From: a virus | Lineage: Duplodnaviria > Heunggongvirae > Uroviricota > Caudoviricetes | Length of the DNA: 14,440 bases | Virus record (IMG/VR): IMGVR_UViG_2939147180_000003 | Strand: one strand, 5' to 3' | Shown: positions 8,290 to 14,440 of the stretch, in pieces | Numbering within the stretch: the stretch's first letter is position 1 | Layout of the letters: each line of letters begins with the position of its first letter | Notes under the pieces: generated by a model | Told to the model about the DNA's origin: nothing | The model's database searches: none | What the model saw: only the letters and a program-made list of their open reading frames with translations | Program-made: the position numbers and the translations under genes

Positions 8290-9359
8290 TTATTTTTGCT
8301 TTGAGCGTCCGCCCTTATTTTTGCTCTAATTTTAATTAGTGGCTTGTCTATTAATATTACACAAACGATCCCAAGTGCAATTGATATTGGGTAGCCTAAT
8401 AAAAAGATGGATAAGCCACGATTTTCACCACCAATAGCAAGCCATGCTAGAAATCCACCAAAATATTGACAAAGAAAAATTGGATAGGCCAGGTCACCAA
8501 ACCACTTGAGTATTTTCTCAAGATGTATGTTTGTCTTTATTTTTAATAATACCAGGGTTGTAAACAATGCTATTACATTATTGGTGTAGTAAAGTATTAT
8601 GTTGTACTGACCTAATGGATTAATTGTATATAAATGCCAATTGGTAATAAAAATCCCGATGCAAATAAATGTTATTAAAAAAGCTTTGTGTGGAGAAAGA
8701 TACATAGCTTTGAACTTTCTATGGGCAAAATAACCCAGAGAACCCATGCTAAAAGGAAGTGTTGCAGCAAGGAATGGGAAATACGCCATATCAAAAGAAT
8801 GGTGTACTACATATACGTAAGCATGATAAAGCAGTGAAAGCAGAATCGACGTAATGGCTGTAAATTTATTTCGGGCTATGAAAAGCCACAATAAAAAATA
8901 ACATGTTATCTCAACACCCACTGACCATGATGATGTGACTATTCTGAATCTATTACCATCAATAGCAAAGTGATAAATGGATGAAAAGGCACCGAATGGA
9001 TTTGCTACAGCATTATCAGAAAGGAAAGCCCAGGGGAAGATTAAGAGGTTTCCTAATAAATCTCCAGGTAAGAAATTGCCTGTCCAGTTTGAGTGGAATT
9101 CCTTTGCGGATGGAATTAATTTTATAATAAGAAAGCCCATGACGAGAAAAAATATATATGCCGGGAATAACCTCAGTATTCTATTTTTCCAAAACATAGA
9201 GAAGTTGAACTTGTATGTTTCATGCAAAATGTATGTTATTAAAAAACCACTAATAACATAGAAGCAATTCACTGCAAAGTTGCCAAGTGCAGGTATGCGA
9301 GCCGTTAAGTGAAAAGCAATGACGCACGATGCCAAAAAAAACCTTATTAGGCCAAGCAT
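8268..9359 (-). CDS. Acyltransferase family 3 integral membrane protein (O-antigen / polysaccharide O-acetyltransferase-like)
   Basis: 363 aa, about 10 hydrophobic segments, AT-rich coding sequence; resembles phage Oac/OafA-type acyltransferases. Start ATG 9359 overlaps the stop of the upstream small ORF; 3' end overlaps the convergent 7447..8289 ORF by 22 bp. Confidence 0.8.
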   Translation of the reverse strand: MLGLIRFFLASCVIAFHLTARIPALGNFAVNCFYVISGFLITYILHETYKFNFSMFWKNRILRLFPAYIFFLVMGFLIIKLIPSAKEFHSNWTGNFLPGDLLGNLLIFPWAFLSDNAVANPFGAFSSIYHFAIDGNRFRIVTSSWSVGVEITCYFLLWLFIARNKFTAITSILLSLLYHAYVYVVHHSFDMAYFPFLAATLPFSMGSLGYFAHRKFKAMYLSPHKAFLITFICIGIFITNWHLYTINPLGQYNIILYYTNNVIALFTTLVLLKIKTNIHLEKILKWFGDLAYPIFLCQYFGGFLAWLAIGGENRGLSIFLLGYPISIALGIVCVILIDKPLIKIRAKIRADAQSKNNQENSSR

Positions 9360-9622
9360 TATTTTATCTCCGCGCCAATATCGCGCATTTTATTTATTAC
9401 ATTGTTAAGTTGCTCATCAGACAGAACAAGCTGAGCTGCAATATAAAACAGTATGTGTCTTGACATTACCCTGGGGCTCTCTCCGCCAGTGTATTTCCGC
9501 CATTGGCTATCGCTGGCTACACCTGCGAGCCCTGCCATTTGGTTTCCGGAGTAATTTAGTGCGGATTTCAGTCTGGCTAAATCTTCCTGCGTTGGAGGGG
9601 TGTATTTATTTATTAAAATCAT
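9359..9622 (-). CDS. Small XRE-like HTH protein upstream of the acyltransferase
   Basis: Track ORF 9359..9646 trimmed to ATG 9622; segment YSGNQMAGLAGVASDSQWRKYTGGESPRVMS fits an HTH_3-type pattern; stop/start overlap with the acyltransferase gene (TAATG). Confidence 0.45.
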   Translation of the reverse strand: MILINKYTPPTQEDLARLKSALNYSGNQMAGLAGVASDSQWRKYTGGESPRVMSRHILFYIAAQLVLSDEQLNNVINKMRDIGAEIK

Positions 9623-9723
9623 TCTCTTATTTAACCGTTTAAACACGTAAGGCGATGTTAGCCCTGAAGGGGCGGGGCGTCAATCTTAATTGCTTCATTG
9701 AAAAGATGAAGACAGGAACAGGT

Positions 9724-11718
9724 ATGGACAAAAGATATAATACCGGCAATCCAAGACCTTCAAATAGCATGAAGGATCTGAATGATAACGCCCTGGCGTA
9801 CGATGATTTCCTGAACAGCGAAAGCGATACTTTTATAGATCGTTTTGGTAACGCCCAGGATACGATAATTGGGGCTACTAAAAAAATGGCAGCTGCTACC
9901 GACGCTGTTATTGATGAAGCCCGCCAAAACCTGATCCCTCTCAGCCGGCAGTACATGACGCTGGCGGCGGCGCAGGCGGATATTGCGAATATTCCGGCAG
10001 GTTCAACAACCTATGTCCGCAGTCAGGACGGAAGCTCTCTGGCCGATGAGTATATCAACCTCGCTGGAACGCTGCAGCCAACCGGACGGCGGATGGTTCG
10101 TGACGACTACGCATACCAGGTATCGCCAGACAGCGTGACCCTGGCAGCATATGATCCGGAGACTTCCCGCGTGGCTCCATTTTTAAATACAAGCGGCAGA
10201 TTAATTCAAATCGGTCCTGACGGAAAATATTACGAACTTTTAACCCAACAAGAATCCGAACTCTATGCGCTGGGCCGGGAGGGTTCTATACCGCAGTTTA
10301 TTGGCGGTGAAAAAGTGTGGCGGATGACGGTTGATTCAACCACAAACCAGATCGTTGAAGCTTATACGGTTGGTGGGAAGCACTGGATTTACTCAGACGG
10401 TGGCCTGGTAGCTGTTAATAACGGAAATGGCGGTGGTGGTGGCGACGATGATGCCAACCAGCTCCCTGAGTATGGACTTCATTTGTCAGGGTCTACTGTG
10501 TACCCCTACTCAGAGACAGTGCCTGTATGTTTTATCTTTGTGACTGCTGGGCAATCCAACGCTCGAGGATATTGTCCTGACGCCGATCAAACCATTGTCG
10601 CAGCAACGCCGATATATCCTGATAACGCTTTCATGCTCAGCGGCGGGGTTAGGCGTACAGGGACACGCAGCACTACTCTGGTGCCACTGGTTGAGGCAGT
10701 AAGTGGGACAGATAAAGAAACGGCCGCAAGCGGCCTCGCGAACACCTTCATTCGCGATATGGCTGCAGCTACCGGAATCATGCCGCGCACGCTATCAATC
10801 GTATGTGCGCAGTCTGGTCAGGCTTACGAGTACCAGAAACGGGGTAACCAGGTATATCAGTATCTGCTCGATTCAATCGAAGACTGCGTAACGGCCTGTA
10901 AAGCACGCGGCTGGCTGCCGATTGTTCTCTGCGTTGACTGGATGCAGGGAGAGTCCGACGAGGACTGGTCAGGATTACGAGAAGGAATGTATGAATCACG
11001 GATGAGGCAGTACCAGAGACAAATCACCAGCGACATCATCGCAAGAACGGGTCAAAACGAACCGCCGATTATCGCCATTACCCAGCTGGGGTATGTCAAT
11101 GACGGGCATGGTGCATTTACAGGCCAGTACGCGCGACTGGCGTCGACGCGATTGCACGGAAAAGAGCAATTCAGGCTGGTCAATAGTTTGTACCAGTACG
11201 ATTTTATTTCAGACGGTCTGCACTTGACGTGTGCGGGCCAGAACCGGCGCGGAGCAGCTGTGGCGAGAGCGCTTCTCCAGGAGTGGTTTACGAGCGGCTG
11301 GTCAGGGATGGTTCCGACCAGTTTCGTGTGGAACTCACCCACGCAGATACAAATCAATGTCCCAGCGTATACGAACCTGGTGCTGGACACGACTACGATC
11401 AACACCTCCGGTCTGGCCAATTACGGCTTTAGCTACACGGATGAGACTGGTGCTCCACCTGCTATATCGAGCATCGCGATCAGCTCGGACGGCAAGGGCG
11501 TGCTGATTAACCTGGCGACCGCCCCCTCTGGACGTTTTGGGCGCGTTTCCTATGCGACAGCAGAAAACCCACTTCAGAGCGGCGCATCTGTAAAACCTTC
11601 CGGGCGGACTCTTGGTGCAAGAGGGTGTGTTCGATCTTCCGCTGGAATCATATGGGTGTATGACACATCCGTGACTCTTTACGACTGGCTCCCCGCTTTT
11701 CGTATTAACGTTTTCTGA
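9724..11718 (+). CDS. Tail-fibre/tailspike-like protein with central SGNH-type (sialate O-acetylesterase-like) hydrolase domain
   Basis: Track ORF 9655..11718; likely start ATG 9724 (AGGAACAGGT upstream). GQSN block at aa 276-279 (nt 10549-10560, FIFVTAGQSNARG) and DGLH block at aa 497-500 (nt 11212-11223); Gly-rich linker NNGNGGGGGDDD before the esterase domain. Tail-fibre role inferred from context. Confidence 0.7.
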   Translation: MDKRYNTGNPRPSNSMKDLNDNALAYDDFLNSESDTFIDRFGNAQDTIIGATKKMAAATDAVIDEARQNLIPLSRQYMTLAAAQADIANIPAGSTTYVRSQDGSSLADEYINLAGTLQPTGRRMVRDDYAYQVSPDSVTLAAYDPETSRVAPFLNTSGRLIQIGPDGKYYELLTQQESELYALGREGSIPQFIGGEKVWRMTVDSTTNQIVEAYTVGGKHWIYSDGGLVAVNNGNGGGGGDDDANQLPEYGLHLSGSTVYPYSETVPVCFIFVTAGQSNARGYCPDADQTIVAATPIYPDNAFMLSGGVRRTGTRSTTLVPLVEAVSGTDKETAASGLANTFIRDMAAATGIMPRTLSIVCAQSGQAYEYQKRGNQVYQYLLDSIEDCVTACKARGWLPIVLCVDWMQGESDEDWSGLREGMYESRMRQYQRQITSDIIARTGQNEPPIIAITQLGYVNDGHGAFTGQYARLASTRLHGKEQFRLVNSLYQYDFISDGLHLTCAGQNRRGAAVARALLQEWFTSGWSGMVPTSFVWNSPTQIQINVPAYTNLVLDTTTINTSGLANYGFSYTDETGAPPAISSIAISSDGKGVLINLATAPSGRFGRVSYATAENPLQSGASVKPSGRTLGARGCVRSSAGIIWVYDTSVTLYDWLPAFRINVF

Positions 11719-11727
11719 GGATAAAAA

Positions 11728-12528
11728 ATGAGACTGATTTACACACTAACTGGACTGAATAACCCCTTACTCCCTGTGTACTCACAAACAGCGGCAGAGA
11801 AAGCGATCTCAGAACTATCCCCATCAGTATGGACACCAGTGAAGACAGAGTTTCTAAAAATGGGGTCTGGTGCAAAAGTAGTAGCTATCTCTAACCGATT
11901 AGATGGCGGACTTTTCAAGTCACTGGAGACCCTCGAGCCATCCACAAAGCTGAATGGTTCTGTTTTGCAGGGGCTTAATTTCTCCGGTGCATCCGGCATG
12001 GCTGGTGATACGGCGGTGGTTATGGACGCAAACATCAATACTTTTGCATTCATCTATCAGCTGCCAGGTGGGGCGCTTCCGGCTACGCCACAGGACAGAG
12101 CGGTTATCGCAACCCAGGAAAGCACACCTCATGGCGTCGGCATTCGTACAACGTCAGCAGGTTCATTCCCGATTTTTCTGAATGGAGGGATCGAGGCCGA
12201 TCTGGCATTTACTCCTAACAATATAGGGCAATCTTTATTCTGCGCTGTAGTTATGTGCTCTAACAAGGCTGCTGGATCCTATGCAATTGCATACCAGCGG
12301 TCAGATCAGTCTGCAGTGACCAGCCGACAAGTGACGGGCTATACAATCCCAGCGTATAGCCCGTCTCAAAAAATGAGTATTGGCGGAGCAGGCAATGGTT
12401 CAGTGTCTCCGTTAACATCCGTTTTGTCAGAATGTTTGGTTTTCCCCGGCAAATATGCATATGGGACCAGCACACTGGATGTCATCCTGGCATATCTGAT
12501 GGAGAGGATTGGAAAAATCACGGCCTAG
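11728..12528 (+). CDS. Hypothetical protein (266 aa) co-transcribed with the esterase tail-fibre gene
   Basis: GAGGA 7 nt upstream of ATG 11728, 10 bp after the upstream stop; no family motif recognised. Position is analogous to tail-fibre assembly or distal fibre genes. Confidence 0.55.
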   Translation: MRLIYTLTGLNNPLLPVYSQTAAEKAISELSPSVWTPVKTEFLKMGSGAKVVAISNRLDGGLFKSLETLEPSTKLNGSVLQGLNFSGASGMAGDTAVVMDANINTFAFIYQLPGGALPATPQDRAVIATQESTPHGVGIRTTSAGSFPIFLNGGIEADLAFTPNNIGQSLFCAVVMCSNKAAGSYAIAYQRSDQSAVTSRQVTGYTIPAYSPSQKMSIGGAGNGSVSPLTSVLSECLVFPGKYAYGTSTLDVILAYLMERIGKITA

Positions 12529-12721
12529 AATTTGCCGAATGCATCCGAGTCGGTCCGCAGCGATGGAGCAGGAGAGAGTCGGCGGCCGCCGCCGGATAAT
12601 GACTGAAGAAGTGGTGGAGCGGTGCCGCAGAATGCTGGAGAACGGCGCTACCCGGCAGCAGGTGGCTGATGTGACAGGCGTGGACGTGAAAACAATCTAC
12701 AAGTACCTCCCGGCGACTTGA
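12509..12721 (+). pseudogene. Remnant of a Hin/Gin/Pin-type serine DNA invertase (C-terminal HTH fragment only)
   Basis: AAMEQERVGGRRRIMTEEVVERCRRMLENGATRQQVADVTGVDVKTIYKYLPAT resembles the invertase C-terminus (GRIGGRRPKLT ... RQQ.A...GV..T.Y+Y.PA) with an apparent internal deletion; the resolvase catalytic domain is absent. Confidence 0.5.
12662..12717 (+). repeat. Direct repeat copy 1 (invertase 3' end, about 55 bp)
   Basis: TGGCTGATGTGACAGGCGTGGACGTGAAAACAATCTACAAGTACCTCCC; related copies at 13241-13292 and 13449-13505. Confidence 0.6.
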
Positions 12722-12798
12722 AGGCAAAGATTTCACTACTTTTCCTGATATGTTACGTTTGGCTTAATCAATTCATTCAGCTTTGAAAACAGTTTGGT

Positions 12799-13221
12799 TT
12801 GTTCGTGAACGGTAAGAAAACAATAAGTTTTGAGCAATTTTTAACTATTAACAGCAATCTTGTTTCCATCTCAGATACATGGGCTGACTTGTGGGCGTTA
12901 ATTTTTCACACGGGTTTAAGCGCTGGAAGGCTGCTGAGTATTCGATATGATGATATTGATGGTGACTTGATACTGATACGAAAACAGGGTCACCTGAAGG
13001 AGCTACGTGTTAAATCAACCCCTCCAGTGGAGGGGATCATTGCTCGTAGAAGAGAACGCTATCCAGAAGATGTTTTTTTATTTCAGAGCCATTCTAACCG
13101 TGTGAAGTACCAATGCCGGCCGGTCACTATAATTGCTTTCAACGCCGCTTTACGTCGCGCCGCTAGATCATTACCAGACGTTAACGTAAGCAGTAGTAGC
13201 GCGAGAAACATACCGGACTAA
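12799..13221 (+). pseudogene. Tyrosine-recombinase-like fragment (FimB/FimE-like core, truncated at both ends)
   Basis: No ATG anywhere in frame (TTG/GTG only); ALIFHTGLSAGRLLSIRYDDIDGDLILIRKQG resembles the box-I region of small tyrosine recombinases; the HxLRH and Tyr-containing C-terminal region are missing. Followed in frame after one stop by a copy of the invertase-3' repeat. Confidence 0.35.
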
Positions 13222-13240
13222 CCGCCTGTCCAGTCGCGTG

Positions 13241-13292
13241 TGGCCGATGTGACAGGCGTGGGGGTGAAGACTATTTACAAATATTTGCCAGT
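13241..13292 (+). repeat. Direct repeat copy 2 (invertase 3' end)
   Basis: TGGCCGATGTGACAGGCGTGGGGGTGAAGACTATTTACAAATATTTGCC; high identity to copy 1 with scattered substitutions; encodes VADVTGVGVKTIYKYLP in the frame of the upstream recombinase-like ORF. Confidence 0.6.
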
Positions 13293-13304
13293 ACAATACG
13301 GCGA

Positions 13305-13338
13305 TAAAAACCCCCTTGAGCAGGCACACTCAAGGGGA
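13305..13338. terminator. Strong hairpin, terminator-like on the minus strand
   Basis: Perfect 9-bp stem CCCCTTGAG (13313-13321) / CTCAAGGGG (13330-13338), 8-nt loop; A-run 13307-13311 upstream gives a T-run after the hairpin on the minus strand; no U-tract on the plus strand. Confidence 0.3.
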
Positions 13339-13448
13339 AAATACTACATAACATCATTGCTGTGTGCGTCTTTGCGCTCGTCTATCTTCCAAGAATATGC
13401 CTAAAGCTTCCAGATATTTCTGGTCTGAGCTGTTACATCATGGAGTAG

Positions 13449-13505
13449 GTGCCGATGTGATAGGTTAAGAGCGAAGATGATCTGTAAGTACCTTCCGACG
13501 TCGAG
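13449..13505 (+). repeat. Direct repeat copy 3 (degenerate)
   Basis: GTGCCGATGTGATAGGTTAAGAGCGAAGATGATCTGTAAGTACCTTCCGACG; clearly lower identity than copy 2, with in-frame stops. Confidence 0.45.
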
Positions 13506-13841
13506 GGGCAATGACCATGAATTTGGGTCTATACCATCCCAATTCATATATTCTTTGTAAGTCTATGAAATATAGAGCAAAGTATTCTGTTCGAAATGAA
13601 CCATATGGAATAGCCAAAGGCTAAAATGCCCAGAGTAAAAACAACAATCAGCAAGTCCGTCTGTGACATCTTATATCCATTTTGCAGTAGCAGGTTTTGA
13701 GAAAAGATAGTTCATAGTTGGCACATAGACAACATAATCACTAAGTGAAACCAATATCAGAGGCTAAAAGGTGACTGGTTTCCTCCTCAGTGTTCCTGAT
13801 TGATAGCTGGAACCTGTATTGATCAGATCTCTTAATGAATC

Positions 13842-13861
13842 TACTGTATATAAAAACAGTA
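13842..13861. promoter_or_regulatory. LexA box (SOS operator)
   Basis: TACTGTATATAAAAACAGTA: CTGT-N8-ACAG with AT-rich spacer, full match to the LexA consensus and, as I recall, identical to the E. coli umuDC operator. Lies 18 nt upstream of ATG 13880, just before GGGAGGTG. Confidence 0.8.
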
Positions 13862-13879
13862 TTTTCGGGAGGTGAAGTT

Positions 13880-14038
13880 ATGCCGCGAAACTCAGATATC
13901 GAAATAGCCTGGCGTCAGGCAATTGTCATTGAGCCTAATGGCCGTCGCACCGTGACAACGTCCGGTTTTATCCGGGAACTCGCAAAAGTTAACTGGATAT
14001 GGTCACCGCGCCAGGCTAACCAGTGGATAGAGCACTGA
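13880..14038 (+). CDS. Small protein (52 aa) immediately downstream of the LexA box
   Basis: Track ORF 13835..14038 trimmed to ATG 13880 with GGGAGGTG 5 nt upstream; MPRNSDIEIAWRQAIVIEPNGRRTVTTSGFIRELAKVNWIWSPRQANQWIEH; no family recognised. Confidence 0.5.
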   Translation: MPRNSDIEIAWRQAIVIEPNGRRTVTTSGFIRELAKVNWIWSPRQANQWIEH

Positions 14039-14047
14039 CATTCCGGG

Positions 14048-14440
14048 ATGTCTCAACGCAGGAAGGCGATGAGCTCACGTTCCAGTTATACAACCCAAAC
14101 GGAGGGCTATAACGTGGGATTTCCGTCGCCAGCTGCTGACTATGTTGAACGGCGTCTGACCGTTGATTCACTCTGCGGTACCGGCCCCAATACTCGGATA
14201 GTACAAACAGAAACCGGCTATGCCGTAGTGGATTGCTTCGTAAAACCAAAGCAAGGAGATACCGTTTTAATTCAATACGGCGGCGGCACTGATTTTGCAA
14301 AAATTATGGGCCGGGCATTTATTACACGAGACGGTGAAGCGTTGGAAGGTGAGGCCCTGGATGATGTTACAGTTGTCGGGGTAGTGACATTCGTTATCAA
14401 TCGGATAGGGAAGGATGATGATGATTATCCAGTAATATGA
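14048..14440 (+). CDS. UmuD-like (peptidase S24 fold) protein, apparently lacking the Ser nucleophile motif
   Basis: GFPSPAADYVERR at aa 24-36 matches the UmuD region around the Cys24-Gly25 cleavage site; C-terminal DDVTVVGVVTFVINRI resembles the UmuD C-terminal strand; TGYAV occupies the place of SGDSM. Alternative start ATG 14069. Stop TGA is the last codon of the window and overlaps an ATG (ATATGA). Confidence 0.65.
   Translation: MSQRRKAMSSRSSYTTQTEGYNVGFPSPAADYVERRLTVDSLCGTGPNTRIVQTETGYAVVDCFVKPKQGDTVLIQYGGGTDFAKIMGRAFITRDGEALEGEALDDVTVVGVVTFVINRIGKDDDDYPVI

Noticed and set aside
8977-9261. 94-aa plus-strand ORF inside the acyltransferase gene
   Set aside because: Antisense to a long membrane-protein ORF; AT-rich DNA gives long chance ORFs.
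9639-11506. Multiple short ORFs antisense or out of frame within the tail-fibre/esterase gene
   Set aside because: The 664-aa frame carries the SGNH motifs and a good RBS; the others are shadow ORFs.
11739-12475. Minus-strand and alternative-frame ORFs within the 266-aa gene
   Set aside because: No RBS, overlap a gene with a strong start context.
12518-12736. 72-aa minus-strand ORF antisense to the invertase fragment
   Set aside because: The plus strand carries the recognisable invertase HTH similarity.
14016-14300. 94-aa minus-strand ORF antisense to the UmuD-like gene
   Set aside because: The plus strand carries the GFPSPAADY UmuD signature.

Overview
This window covers the left junction and about 13.5 kb of a degraded lambdoid-type prophage inserted beside tRNA-Ser(CGA) (serU) next to mtfA. 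All calls rest on reading the sequence and on family motifs recalled from memory; no database search was run. Order: mtfA (-), serU (+), short tandem repeats, tyrosine integrase (-) at the end of a translationally coupled leftward operon (two small ORFs, ParB-like protein, 99-aa ORF), a PL/OL-like control region with a minus-strand terminator, an IS5-family insertion, an HTH repressor without an autocleavage domain (-), a three-operator divergent region, a rightward operon (Cro/YdaS-like, YdaT/CII-like, Dam methyltransferase, a RusA-like N-terminus fused to a glycine-rich tail-fibre-type C-terminus), an AT-rich insert (XRE-like regulator plus family-3 acyltransferase, -), a large tail-fibre/tailspike-like protein with an SGNH esterase domain and a 266-aa partner, fragments of a serine invertase and a tyrosine recombinase with three direct copies of the invertase 3' end, and a LexA-box-controlled small ORF plus UmuD-like gene running to the window edge. 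No rRNA and no CRISPR array were seen. The most notable observations are a chimeric ORF that marks a large internal deletion, an integrase with Lys at the catalytic HxLR arginine, an acetyltransferase/deacetylase pairing, and an SOS-controlled distal module next to a non-cleavable repressor. I did not identify a clearly novel multi-gene system; the candidates below are hypotheses.
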